From the NCBI GenBank assembly GCA_903813345.2, contig CAIIXF020000001.1, forward strand, positions 9,486,001 through 9,550,000: 64,000 nt of DNA. Reading direction: 5' to 3'. The notes under the pieces were generated by a model. That model was not told the DNA's origin. It made no database searches and saw nothing but the letters and a program-made list of their open reading frames with translations. Below are positions 38,701-53,900 of this stretch, in pieces. Each line of letters opens with the position of its first letter. Position 1 is the stretch's first letter. A program made the position numbers and the translations under genes. The DNA comes from Owenia fusiformis. Lineage: Eukaryota.

Positions 38701-40064
38701 AGAATTAATATTTTAAAAAATTTGCAATCATTTTCCTACATCTTATTAGTAATATTATGACAAGACAAGACTATATACACCATTTTGAGTACATTTGAGA
38801 TACATATGTTACATATTTTGGAAGTTATTAAGGTGAGATATGGTCAGTGGTCATCCCTGGAACGTCGGAAGCTAAAATGAAAATTAATATTTTTAAAATG
38901 TACAATCATTTCTCTACATTTTATTAGTAATATTATGACAAGGCAAGACTATATACATCATTTTGAGCATATTTGAGATACAAATGCTCCATATTTTGGA
39001 AGTTATTAAGGTGAGATATGGTCACCCCTGGAACGTCAGAAGCCAAAATGAGAATTAATATTTTTTAAATCGTACAATCATTTTTCTACTTCTTATTAGT
39101 AATATTATGACAAAGAAAGAGTACATACACCATTTTGAGCACATTTGAGATACAAATGCTCCATATTTTGGAAGTTATTAAGGTGAGATATGGTCACCCC
39201 TGGAACGTCAGAAGCCAAAATGAGAATTAATATTTTTAAAATGTACAATCATTTTTCTACTTCTTATTAGTAATATTATGACAAAGCAAGAGTACATACA
39301 CCATTTTGAGCACATTTGAGATACATATGCTTCATATTTTGGAAGTTATTAATGTGAGATATGGTCACCCCTGGGACGTCAGAAGCCAAAATGAGAATTA
39401 ATATATTTTAAAATTGTACAATCATTTTTCTTCTTATTAGTAATATTATGACAAAGTAAGAGTACATACACCATTTTGAGTACATTTGAGATGCATATGC
39501 TCCATATTTTGGAAGTTAATCATGTGAGATATGGTCATCCCTATCCTGCATGGTGCCACAATTTCAAATTTCAAGAATTTTTTTCTCCCCAGGTACATAA
39601 GCCATTGATCCAATTTTTAGTATGTGGTATGAACATATATAGGTCCTTTAGAATGAATTTTTTCAGTACATTTCGTACCTTAACGAATCTAAAATAACTT
39701 ATTACATGTGGTAGAAGTACGAAAATAGGTGGTGCCCCTGTAGTGAATTTCAAAATATGCCCTTATTTTCACCCTAATCCACACAAGAAAATTCATACTG
39801 ATTGTAAATATTGTTTTTGATGAGATTTTATTAGTATTTCAATGTCATTTCACTATTAAAATGTGATAAAAAATTATTTTATACCCCTACCCCCTGTTTG
39901 AAAATGAATAGATGGCGCCTCTCTAATTGCCCATAGCGAATTCACTTACCACACATTTTTACTCAAGTTAGGTTAATTTACTCTAGCGAGTGTCTAGAAC
40001 AAAATGATACCCTCAAACCTTTTTTACTAGCCGATCACCGAAATCGGAGCTGGGGACAGCATCA
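35794..40064. mobile_element. 4.3-kb foldback-type non-autonomous DNA transposon with ~172-bp tandem repeats in both arms
   Basis: Termini TGATGCTGTCCCCAGCTCCGATTTCGG...CCGAAATCGGAGCTGGGGACAGCATCA with GTA on both sides. Arms mirror each other to a centre near 37780. Repeat anchors at 36317/36489/36661/36836 and inverted at 38661-39525. No transposase ORF. Confidence 0.9.
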
Positions 40065-40137
40065 GTACTTGAATATGTTTTGAATCCCTCCACTTTAAAA
40101 TTGTGTACTGACCTGGATAATATCTTGAAAAATACAG

Positions 40138-41047
40138 ACGTGTCGCAAAAAGGTGGCGCATTTGTTTTTTAAGGGTATCGCGTGAATGTAACTTTGATTC
40201 CCCGGAATATAAGATAATATTCTAATTAAAGTTATATATCATTTTAAAGCTGTTTCGATGAAGATTTTAGATCAACTACACTCCGTTCACATTTTTTGCG
40301 CGTTCGTTTTTAAAAAAGAGTTTTTTACCAAAACATCTGGCAAATATCCCATGTTGACACGTTACATTTTGAATTATTTTTCGTCTTTAAACGCTCATAA
40401 CTCAAACAATATATGACTATTATACTTATTTTTCGTCTTGATAAAGGTAGATGGAAGTTTTATTTCAAAGGATGAATTTTAGTAAGCGTCCCATATTGTG
40501 ACGTCATAGAGTCTGAAAAATAGAATCTGTTGACAGCGACCTTTTTTGCTCATTTTTTGGTACCTTCAACTTTTCAGGTGTACATTAAACAAAAGATACG
40601 AGATCAATTTTTAATAAATCATACATGATTATTTTGCTCCTAAACTCTAGTTTATTAATAATTAGTTGATTTTGTTCACAAAAGTATGTGTTTTCTGTTG
40701 TATGTGGAAAAGTGGAGGACGAAAGGTTTTCAAAATTCATTAAAATAGGGCTAATTTACGCCATTCGCCTATTTTCAAGCACAGCAACACGTATATTTAT
40801 TTCACCTAAAATATCAATTGATTCGTGTTTTATGATGCTCCTAGCCCATTAACAATATATATATGATATCAGAGTTATTCGTCTAAAATGTTTTGAGATA
40901 TAGAGGTAAATGTGGAGGACGAAAGGATTTTCATGTGTGTACATTTTTCTCAAAAACGTCACATTCTATCATGTTAAAAGCGAGGATCCTCTGGATTACG
41001 CCACAAAATGTGTAACAATGCGTGCGCGAGCTTTTTGCGACCCGTCA
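40138..41047. mobile_element. Unclassified TIR element
   Basis: GACGTGTCGCAAAAAGGTGGCGCA vs TGCGCGAGCTTTTTGCGACCCGTC; internal repeat GTGGAGGACGAAAGG twice. No TSD identified. Confidence 0.35.
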
Positions 41048-41928
41048 CAAGAATTCTTCATTCTGAATATAGATCACATGCATGGGAAATCTCAATAAAA
41101 TTTTAGGATTTTCCTTTGTTGATATCGTAGTCCAGTGAATATCTTACACAATGCATATTAGTTGTAATTCGTACAACATGCTTAGATAGTTGGTATTTCA
41201 GCTTAGTAGGTAATTAATTTAATTAACATTTTGCATCTTTTTTAACTATGTACATATATGATGTTAAATCAAAGTCGGAATAAAAATGTTCAAAAATATA
41301 AAATATTGTCATTCTTACTGTTTTTTCAAGAATAATCTAACTTTGTCAAAACTACATTCAATCACATAGTTTAGCTGGCCGCATAGAACTATCTCAAATA
41401 TAGGAGCAATGGTGGTGTTTATCAATGAGATTACAATATTCCTAAAAAGGCAAACTTGATATATCATTCGTTATTTGCCAATATGCAAAAAATCAAAATA
41501 TTTCTTTCACGAATATACACTATGCCCTGTGCATGATAGTCAAATATTTCATAACGAGTCAAATATCTTATAACCGGAGTCAATGCATCTTATCAACCTA
41601 TCTCAATTATTTGACAAAAAGACAATAGGTATACTTAAAAAATACTTGAGATAATCATTAAGATTTCATTATTTATCAATCACCCCGAGTTCTAAACTGC
41701 ATTCGGCATTCACATTTACAGACGCTAAATGATGAAGTGGGAGTAATTTTAAATTTGGAGAATCCAAAATAGAGGTAAACATTTTAAAATACTAATTGAA
41801 TGATGTTAGTTTAATGCATTTTTATTGAAGTTTCATGTTGTTATTTTGCAACACACTGTTTTTCTATTTAAAACTTTTCTTTTAATCAGTTCTTGTTTTT
41901 TTTAAAGTATACTTATTTTCAGATCAAA

Positions 41929-44900
41929 ATGTTTCGAAAAAATCTCTTCGCTGCAGCAGTGGTGACATATTTGTAAGTAATACATTGAAATTATTGAATT
42001 GGTTATTATTATCTTGACAAAATATTTTAAATTATTGTAAAAATTATAGGTTTATTGACAAACTTTCATGATCATTTAAAAGTATTTTATTAGACTAAAT
42101 CTAGCCTTGCCCAAGTCGGTCTCTTTTACTATCTTGATTTCTATAAGTAAAAAAAATACCGACTTGGGCAAGGCTAGACTAAATCTAATACGGCGAAATA
42201 TTATCAGGTATTAATTAATACAAAAAAATTGTCAAACTTCCCTAGTAGTATTTAAACTCATTAATCTATACTTCAAATCTATTAACATTTTACGTTATTT
42301 CATGAAGTAGCTGTTGTACTGAGTTATATTGTAGTAATTTTGCATTTTTAGTAATATTTGTGAACTTTACATTAATTTCTTCTTCAAAAATAACTTTTTA
42401 AAAATATAACTGAATATATTGTAGCTGCTGTGTGGTCGGCTCACGTCAAAAAGTCAGCCTTGCATTCAACAATCCCGAAAACGGTTTATTTGCGACTGGC
42501 GACGGTAAGTAAAAATAGGTTCATACATATAATTCAACTCTATATCGTTTTCAGTAGTTTTGAAATTTAGTATAATTATATCTAAATGTACGTTTATTAA
42601 TGAAGGTAAAATCACTTTTGGGAGAGAACTTATCAAAAAGCACTTAACATAACCTCGAGAACCATTATGTGCTCTCGAGTACCTCTTGTCTTTATTATTG
42701 TACGTTCAAAATACAAGATAGTATTATGACAGATAAAAACAGGTTGAATTGAATTTATTTGATCAATTTGACATATAGGTTAAATGTTGACTTACGTGAT
42801 ATCTTGCTAAGTGCTAACAATTGTCTTCCACCAAAATGTGACATAACTACCGTAATCTGTTACAGACGCCATTTGTTACAGACGCCGAACACTGTCCACA
42901 AAACAGTTGGAGACTAAAACAATATGTCATCACTCTGGTTGCCCCACTTCTCGTGGTGACACAGAAACATGAAACAACGATCACGTTCAAATGGACTAAA
43001 TAACAATTTTTTAATTATTTGTTTTATTTTAGATAGCGTCTGTCCACAAGAGCACAATCCCCCTGCTGGCACGATCACAAGTCCAAACTACCCGCAAGTT
43101 TACGACAATAGAGTTTTTTGTGATATTATCCTCATGCTCCATAACCCTCTCAGAATATGGAAGGACATTTCAATAACAGTCAATGCATTCGTCACTGAAC
43201 GAAAACATGATAAATTAATCATTAATGGTGTTGAATATAGTGGGAATGGAACAAGTGACCCCGGGGCGTTACAAGTTGGTCGCACATATCTTTGTAAGTC
43301 TGAATCTCACAAAAGTTCATAACTCGATCGATTTCAAAATAGACTTAAAACAAATACCACTGATATTAAAACCATTTAATGTTACTAACCTATACTGAAC
43401 TTTTCTTTTAGTTAGGAACAATTTTCTTTGGTTCCACATGCGGTTTGTGACTGATGGATCAGTGCAAAAGATGGGCTTCTCCATAGATTATACAGTTGAA
43501 GACTCCAGTGAAAACCATAACATTACAGGTAGAGGCCTAGGCCTGAACACGCTTTTTGAGGGAGGGGTTGTGGTTTTTCAACATATCTTGTTGTTGCGTG
43601 GAGAAAACACAATTTTGGCCCTTGCTTTAGTAATGATTTGGTCACATTGTTTCAAAATATCAAGCCCATTTTCTCAAAAATAAAACCCAAAACCAAAAAT
43701 GTCCATTTCTAGGATTGTGGTCAAAACAGGTAATAAACTAATATTCTATATAGACTGTGCACAGATACATGAATAATAATGTCAAATAAAGCTCAAATGA
43801 TGTGTTCAAAATCGGACCCTGTATATTTCAATGGGGAAAAACGGATGTAAAAAACCTGTGCCCTGAATTTGAGCTCTTCAACACGGGAGGTAAGAATATT
43901 GTTGTCATGCTGTACTATCGCGTATTATTGTATTGGATTTGTTTTTTCTTAATATTCGTTAGGGGTGACGTCCGCGCCTTGTCAATGATAACTCCATTTT
44001 ATTGCACTTTTGATGTAATGAATTGAGCCAGATAGCGTTTTAACACCAAAATGTCCTCCCATGATCAGACAGATATAGCAAATCCTAAATAATATTAGCT
44101 ATATATTTTTGTGCTGATTACTCGGGGATATTGCTGCAATTTAGTATACTAGATTCTAATTTGTAATCCTCAATCTGATTGTAGAGGTATGTGGCACAGT
44201 TAACAATAGAGTGTGTGGGCGCAATGGTGTCTGTCACAGCCATGTAGAAGGCTTTACATGCGTTTGTAAACCGCAATGGAGTGGACCTAGATGTGATCAA
44301 AGAGTCGGCAAGTTTTCGTTGTTAACATTTATAATCATCGAAATCGTTTTTAATGTACATATAAATATATGTAACTTGAGAATTAATATGCAGTGTCATT
44401 CAAACTGGAAACTTCTGATTTGGTTGGAGACGAGGTTTCGCGAGTTTCACGTATGTGGCCGAGCAAAAGTTAGTTAATTAATAAAAGTTATCGCATTTGC
44501 ATGAAATCGTTTCTGAAATGTAAAGTTCTGTTCCATATTTGTTTGGTCGATGTAATTTAAAAATGTTAGAATTATGTGTTTTCATGGAAATTTTAATCAT
44601 TTTAGTGGTCGGGGATTGCCCCATAACGCTACAACCCCCCGCTGGAACTATGACAAGCTACAACTACCCTGGAACTTATCCCAATTCATTTAAGTGCCAA
44701 ATTAGTATTCGTATACAGGATAGCCCAAACGGGTGGAACGACATATTTATGACTGTCGATGATTTTATCACCGAAAGGTGTTGCGACCGGCTTACTATTA
44801 ACTCTAGAACTTACGCTGGAAATGGTAGCAAGGATACGGGCGCTTTACAGAAAGGACAAACATACAAATGTAAGATTGTGTTCCCGAGCAGATTGTGAAC

Positions 44901-47900
44901 ATGAAAATTGTTCTATGCTTCTAATAACCATTTCATCACGACAGATTTGTTTTTATTAAAACACTTTTATAATTTTTTTTCATAGTTCGATCCAACCGAA
45001 GGGACTTTATGATGTCATTTAGAACTGACGGTTCCGTTGTGTATAAAGGCTATAGCATTAGATACAATCTTCAAAGGTCACCGGACCAAGGAAATCGTGT
45101 AACAGGTAAATCAATAAGAAAGTGAAATAGGCGAAAAATAAAACAAATAGCCTTTGACTTCAAATCATGAAATTAATCCAAAAGTAACTATAACACGCCG
45201 CCATATTACCAATTACAATTTACAATTATATCGTGACTGCGTTTGTATTATTTTCAGAGACTTGTTCTTCACGACCCTGTCAAAACGGAGGAACGTGCCA
45301 CAGCTATAGGAACGGCCCCACATGCCTCTGTAGGACCGGCTACAGTGGAACAATGTGTGAATACCGTTCAGGTAAGTTACTGTTGAGAAAATCTTAGTCG
45401 AACATAGGTATGGAAAACAACGATATTACATTTCCGATCACCTTGGCCTTTGACCTATGTTAGTTAAAAGTATTTAGGAAAATAATATATTGTTGGTCTA
45501 TTAGACTATGCGTGTCTTGAAATATCGCTACCTAATGAAAAAGCTAAATTTTGTTCAATACATTTTCTTTCTTTTTTACTAAGATACAAAAGGATGTCCA
45601 TTCAGGTATCGGACAGCCAGGGTGACTGTACAAAGCATCAACTACCCCAGACCATACCCCAGCAATATGCATTGTCGCTATTTGTTCGATTTATCGAGAT
45701 ACAATCGATTCCCATGGAAACAAATACGATTGTACGTGTGGTACTTTGAGACTGAGAAAAACAGAGACGTCCTTGATCTGAATGGTCTGCAAAGGTTTAG
45801 TGGATGGGGATACTTTGATCGGGATTCTGCGCCAGAGAATAGGAAGTGGTACTACTGTAAGTAAAGAAGAACAGAGATACTGGTGGTACACGATGTCATT
45901 GTAATTCTGTAGTCCAAGGAGGATTGGCTCCCAGAGTGCAACATCGATATTCTGTCCCATATATATGGGGATGTCGTGATACAAAATTCGAATTCAAACA
46001 GCCGCCATTTTGTTCACTTCAACATTTGAATCCTGAATTTTGGTCTTATTTCCTAATGAAAAATTCCAAACCTCACAAGAAATGATCGATATATTGGTTC
46101 GAATCTTTTTAACTGTTTATTTTGGATTTATAGTCAGTTATAATTTCAGAAAATAACGACATTTTGACGTTTTCATTGTTGGAAAATATCGAATTTCGAT
46201 CCTGGGAGCCAATCCTCCTTTCTGTAGCCTACATGGTGGCGGATCGGTGGAAGGTTCCATATTTGATATGCCCATTTTTGGTCTTAAATGGACTTTTGCG
46301 CCCTTGAGGTCACTTGTGCCTTAATTTTGAGACGATGGCATTTTGGAAAATGAGCCAATACCTTTGTAAAAAATAGACCCAAATTTTCACAAATTACTAC
46401 TTGTAAAGGATTTTCAAAAATGCCAATTTCCAGGTCCGCTTAAAATTGATATTAACATACCAAAATATATACAACTCTCACCAACTACCATGCGGATCCA
46501 CCACAATAATGGCCCCAATGCTAATTGTCATGCGCACTTCATTTCAGTATATACTCAAGCAGACACGTTCAATATGACATTTATGACAAAGTTTATTGGT
46601 ACTCGGTTGCATCCTGGGTGGGCGATGAACTTCTACCTCTATGGACTTCGTAAGTGAACAATTTATTATAAATTATACATTAGGCATCTAGGCATCTTTA
46701 AAGACAGTTTGCAAAATTCTCACTATACCGAGAATTTGTTCAGACTCGACCAGATTTTTCCAGGTGTGCTTTTTTGTACTCTTCCAGCCTGACGATTCTG
46801 TCTATACCATTTTTTCTCTTCATTGGGTACATACTTAGGTGGTTCAAAATGTTTTCAAGGAAAATAGGACTTTTACAATGAAACTTGGTACACATATGTG
46901 TTATACATTTATACATTATATGTTAAAATTTGGGACCTCAATTTTGATTGGTTCTTGAGATACGGTTGCTATGGTAACCAGAGTGGTGGGTAAAATGTTC
47001 AACCCGAAATTACGTTTTTCCAAATAGTTTTCTTGCTTGAATAAACTCTTTATAAAGTGGCAATTAGCCAATTATTTTAACATATAATGTATAAATGTAT
47101 AACACATATGTATTCCAAGTTTCATTGTAAAAGTCCTATTTTCCTTGAAGTTATGGCATCAACTGCAAAACTTTTTGAACCACCTAAGTAATATCAAAAT
47201 CAACGTTCATAATGTTTTCATTCGAAATTAAAAGATGGCTGCTGATTGGGTATCAATCTATTCGTTGTAATGTTAGATGATGATTTGATGACTCATATTT
47301 GTATGATTTTCACACTCCACATTGTAGAAAGGCCTCCTCCCGGTGGTGTTATAATAGACCGGTTGTACATGGACCATGATGACTATTCTGTTCCTGGTAA
47401 GATTTTGTATTAAATATATTTTATCACTTTAAACGTTTTACAGCTATGCGGTATCCAAGATATCGTTATCATGTCGATTTCTATTGTAGAACCCATTTGT
47501 ATAATATATCCACTTTATTTATATCACAATGTAGGGATATTATTTCAAAATATTTTAAAAGTTAGCTTGAAAATGTATTTCCTTGATCTTACAGAAAATA
47601 CCAACACAGTGGTTTTTGACGAGGAGACTGGGGAAGAAGTGGAGTACGAGGGCGAACCTATAAACTTTGGGCTAGCTCCTAGCAAACCTAGGGGCCAAAA
47701 CCTTTATTATGAGTTACAAAGTGAGTTTCTAGTTAGAATAACAGTTCTGTATAATGTAGGATTCAGATCTATTGCATTTCCAAGGGCCGGTCCAGAAGTT
47801 CTGATAAAATGCTCTAACTTAAACGTTTATCATTCGTTTTCCACAATATTTTCAGATTAACTGGGTCATTTATTCCCTCATAAGATATTAAAAAAAATTC

Positions 47901-50900
47901 GATGCTGGTAATGAATATTTCTAAAGTTATGGTTGCTATGGTAACCTCAATAACGCTATAAAGGTAAAAATTGTGAAGTTTAAAATTGGGTTTCTTTTGA
48001 ACAAATGATCAAAACCCCAATACGAGGTTACGTAATTTTACAAATGTCTGTTTTAATAGTAACTGCTGTTAATGTCTTCTTCACATAAGTGTGATATCAT
48101 TATTATGAATCCTGTTTGATACAGAAAACATTAACGCTTCATGATACATTAGACAAGACACTAAGCTCTCAGTTAATCTAGGTAAAGCAATTCCTAACAA
48201 GCGACCAAACAGAGCCAAAGATTCAAACATGTTTGACTAGGACAAGACATCATGTCACAAATCTGGCATGATCTGCACTGTTATAGTTATCAGCAACAAG
48301 TTAAATATGTAGGTATTAGGACAGAAGGTATTAGGCCATTATCCATACTTCCCAGATAATACCCCCCCCCCCCTGGACTTTGTTGTGTTTGGACTTTGGA
48401 CCGGCTCGAAAGAGAATGATCCAAGTGTCTCATATTTTAGAACATTTGTTGAAATCAAGAATGCTGTTGACACCTCACTAGAACTGAAAGCTCTGAAAAG
48501 GTGTGTACAAACAGGGGGTGGATAGATACCAGGGTGTATAAATGTAGTGTATTAATGCTGAAGGACATTATTTTGAGTATCTTTGTTGAGTTTTATCTAA
48601 AATAGGATTGCACAGTTGGATTTAGAATTTCAGATTTTCAATATGAGTTATGACGTCAATATGAGCTCAAGTCTCGGACCGAGTGCCCCGACCATGGGGT
48701 AGTAAAAGTGACATTTAAAAAAGAGCTATTTAGAAATCATTCTGAAAATTCCCTGCTGCATAGGCATATAAATTATGTAAATTGTGTAAAAAATTCTTAA
48801 GAAAAAGATACAGCATTTTTATCAGAACTTCTGGATTGGCCTTTGTATAAAAATGTACTACTCAATCAAATATCGATATTTATCAGTGTGTCTTGTTTTC
48901 TACATGCAGGTAGGGCGTGCCCACTGTATGTCTATGCTCCAAGAGGAATAATCCAATCCCCAGGATTTCCCCGGGGGTATACCAACAGACTGTTCTGTGA
49001 TATTATTCTATACACAAGGAATAATAATCAAAACATCTGGAAAGACATAACAATCACAGTACAAGCCTTTATGACGGAAACAAAACGTGATCGACTAATT
49101 TTGAACGGTAGAGAATATAGTGGAAATGGCAGCGATCCAAACGCGAGAACGGCCCTACAAGTTGGCAGGAGATACCTTTGTAAGTAACAACTATGTGAGC
49201 CCAAAATACTGTTCAACAAGTCGCCAGACAAAACTCGTATTCATTTAAACACTATGAAATCCTTTGTCAATTTCTCGTTGATGCTGGGTAAATGTATGTA
49301 AGATAACTTACATTATTTACAGTTTTAATTTCTCTGTTTTTGTATTGTCACAATGGGTGATAAGAAAAATTAATTAAAGGTTATAAAAATGAAATTGATC
49401 ATAAATGATTTTGTTGTATACAATAATTGAATGCATGCTTAACATAACATTTTTTAAATCATTCACAGTCAGGAATAATTACATTTGGTTCCACATGAGA
49501 TTCAGGACAGATTCAAGGAATGTTTTTCCAGGATTCCGATTCCAATATTACGTTACTACATCCAAGGAACGACATAATATCACAGGTATTGAATGGGGAA
49601 ATACTTCACGCGTTGAACAATAAATTGTTAAGGCTGATATGGGTAGGATACCATATATATAAGTATACGACTTTAGTATAACCGAAATGCCCTAGGGTAC
49701 TGTGGTCACAAAACGTGGTAAAGTTTATTTTAAGTGATGGGGAAGGGGCCAATTAGCATTTACTTAGGGACCCAGCCTGAATATTTTTGTTTTTGAATAT
49801 TGGAGAGTATTACGCGAGATTTTTTCATTTTCTTGTTGGAAAATATATTTATTTTATGATGTGGGGTGATATCTAGAGTTTGAGGCTTGCGAAAATAAGA
49901 TATCCTCATCTTTATACCCCCCACCCTATAATTTCAGGGGGGTCAGAAGAAAATAAACTTTAATTCATAACTTTGGAAGTAAATGAGATACAAACTTAAT
50001 TTTTTCACCATAATTTATAGAATGACATCAGTAATGCAGAAAAAAATATTTCAAACGAAAATAAGCTAATTTGCATAATTTAACCCTTAAACCGCCATAA
50101 AAACTATTAAATAACGGAATGATAATAAACAACTTTTACTGTAATTGCCTTCATATGAAGTTATAACTTATGAAATAATTCCTAAAAATGCATCTATATA
50201 TGTATATTAGATGTGCAAAATATTAAAAGTGTATCTAACATAACGACTGTGAAAAATATTTCTCCCCTTACCCTAAAATTGAAGGGAGGGGGTCAAAAGA
50301 AAATAAACTTTAATTCATAACTTTGGAAGTATATAAGATACAAACTTAATTTTTTCACCAAAATTTACAAAATAATATCAGTAATGGAGAAAAAATATTT
50401 TGAACAAAAAAAGCTAATTTGCATAATTTAACCCTTAAACCGCCATAAAAACTATTAAATGACAAAATGATAATATACGACATTTACTGTAATTACCTTC
50501 ATATGAAGTTATAACTGATGAAATAATTCCTAAAAATGCATCTATATATGTATAATAGATGTGAAAAATATTAAAAGTGCATCTTATATATAGATTGTGA
50601 AAAAATTTCTCCCCCTACCCAGATATTTCAGGGGGGTCAACTGAAAATGGACTTTAATTTATAACTTTGGAAGTATATGAGGTATAAACCTATTTGTTCA
50701 CCAAAATTTATGTAATAACATCAGTAACTAAGAAAAAACATTTTTGATATGCAAATAAGCTAATTTGCATAATTTAACCCTTATGCAGTCATAAAAACCG
50801 TTAAATGACAAAACGATAAAATACGACATTTATTTTAATCGACCTCTCATGAAGTTATAACTTATGAAATAATTCATATAGTTGCATTTATATATGTATA

Positions 50901-53900
50901 ACAGATGTGCAAAATATTAAAAGTGTATCTTACATAACGACTGTGAAAAAAATTCTCCCTCTACCCAGATATTTGAGGGGGGGTCAAAATGAAAATGGAC
51001 TTTAATTCATAACTTTGGAAGTATATGAGGTACAAACTTAATTTTTCACCAAAATTTATGTTATAACATCAGTAATTCAGAAAAAATATTTTTTGATATG
51101 CAAATAAGCTAATTTGCATAATTTAACCCTTATAAAGTAATAAAAACCGTTAAATGACGAAGTGATAAAATATGGCATTTACTTTAATTGACTTCTTATG
51201 AAGTTATAACTTCGAAAAAAAATGTACAACAGATATGCACAATATAAAGAGGTTATTTTATATAATGAGTGTGAAAAGAATCTTACACCCTACCTTAATA
51301 ATTTTGAGGGTTTGGGGGGGGGGGGTTAAAGAAAATAATAGACTTCAACTCATAACTTTGAAATAATTTAAGAAAGAGCTTATATTTCTTCGCTGAAAAC
51401 TGAGAAATCACATCAATAATGAAACGAATATTACATGGGGACAATACTATATTTCAACTAATTTGCATAATTTAAGCTTCAAACAGTCATGAGAATCATT
51501 ATAAGGCAAAGTGGTTCTATACTGAAATTGACTTCACATGAAGTAAGGACTTTGACAATATATCCTTTCTTAATACTAGCATTTAAATGGAAAAATGATA
51601 TCAACAATTATGAAGCTATTTTTCCCAACTATTTCAATACCCATGGAGATTTTCATAGATATAATACTAGAGGCAAATCAAACTTCACCCTTCCTAAAGC
51701 AAAACTGAAAATTATGGCAAAAAACAATAGCCTTTAGTGGTTACTCCATATGGAACAATCTCCCAGAAGAAATAAAAAGTCAAATTCCATTTCTTTTCTT
51801 AAATCAAAACTGAAGAAGCATATTCTCTTAGCTTATTAATCATTAGTTGACTATATCATTTCTTGTTTCTTCAGTAAGAAGGGTAGGCTCTCAAGGGAGG
51901 TACATGGGCCAACCTGGGGGCTGCTCCAAACTACTTAAGATCTAAAATAATAATTTTGACCATACCAACCTTGGGGAAGGTAAAATAATAACTAATATTT
52001 TATAAGAATCACACTTTTAAAGATTATTTGCGTCAATGCGGTAGCCTGGCATCTTTAAATAATAATTAATGAAGCTACACATTCATAAAATTTCCCCATG
52101 GCATATGGTACCTTCTTGGCTTAAAATGAAACGAGCATCATGGATCCCTCATACCTTTATTTATTATAATCTAAGTTTTGTGATTACATTCCGGTTTGAT
52201 TCGTTGACAACATAATGATATACTTCATGATTTAACTACTATATGTACGGGTATTTAAGCATCACCTGTGGTGCCACCTATTATTAATAATAAATTGAGT
52301 TGAATTGAACTTGCAATGTTTCAGAATAACCCTTAAAAAGGTAACCATAACAGTTCTAAAGTTTATTGAACCATATTCAGAGTCACTGTGGGGACTGGTG
52401 TCATATTCTAGGTTGTAGGTACCTGATAGAGTGAAAATGTCATCATATATGTTTGGGTTAATCCACTTATTCCCGTCCACACTCACTTTCCTTTGAGCCG
52501 CATGAACATGCAGCAAAACATTCTGTACCTGCAGTGGCACATGAGCAAGTGGTTTAACATATTGCTTTGTCCTTGTATCGTTTGCATGTGCAAAATGACT
52601 TTGGGATTTTTGTTATATCAAGTTTCGGTTTTTTGGTCATTTTAATGGTCTCAAGAGTAATATGAACCACTTGACATCCAAATCCATTCCCTGGCTCTGG
52701 AATCTCAAAAAGTGGTTTGTCAGATCATTGAAATGTATAATTGTTATAAACCAAAAATGCATCCATAATGAGTGGTAATGCTCTAATATAATTTTGGATG
52801 CTGCAAACAAGTGTAATACATCCAATGATGGTTTGTTTTTATATTGAAATATAAACAAAAATAACGCAACTCCCCTAGACCAGAGATCGTGCCCATGTGG
52901 ACAGTCAATGGAGACAATAACTCAATTTAAAATAGAATGTCATATGTTTGAAAATGAACGATTAAGTCTATTTGCCTATATGACTGATATCCATAGTGAC
53001 TTTTACATGTATACACGTCTAGGAAAATATTGTATAATAATGAATGAAAAAAAACTGTTCAAAGGACACTTGGAAAATGTATGACAAATATGTTAGTCAA
53101 AAGTCGTGAAATAGTTACATGCGATGGTCTCTAATAGGTTGGCATCAACCAGGAATTGTTTTAATTCATGTATGTATCTAAATGTAACATCTTTAGTGCG
53201 TTAGACTTTAATTAATAAATTTACTACTACTACTAGTATAATATTGTTTCCATGTAATATTTGTTTCATTCTTGATGTGATTTCTCAATATTCTGGCGAA
53301 GAAATACATGAATAAGCTCTTTCTTATACGATTTCAAAGTTATGAATCAAAGTTTATTATTTTCTTTTAACTTCCCCCAACCCTAAAATATTAGGGTAGG
53401 GTGTGAGATTTTTTTCACACTCATTATATACAATACCCTTTTTATATTGTGCATACCTGTTGTAAATGTATTTCTAGGAATTATTTCACAAGTTATAACT
53501 TCATAGAAGTCGTATTTCATCACTTTGGCATTTAACGTTTTTTATGACTGTATAAGGGTTAAATTATGCAAATTAGCTTATTTTCATATCAAGATATTTT
53601 TCCGAATTACTGACGTTATAACATAAATTTTGGTGAAAGAATTAAGTTTGTACCTCATATACTTCCAAAGTTATGAATTAAAGTCCATTTCCATTTGACC
53701 CCCCTCAAATATCTGGGTAGGGGGACAAATTTTTTTCAGCGTCGTTATGTAAGATACACTTTTAATATTTTGCACATCTGTTATACATATATAGATGCAT
53801 TTTTAGGAATTATTTTATTTGTTAAAACTTCATGAGAGGTCAATTAGAGTAAATGTCGTATTTTATCGCATCGTCATTTAACAGTTTTTATGACTGTATA

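Noticed and set aside
52262-52858. ORF-track peptides 52262-52540 and 52637-52858
   Set aside because: Wrong frame; the informative frame is the stop-interrupted Cys-rich one at 52467-52778.
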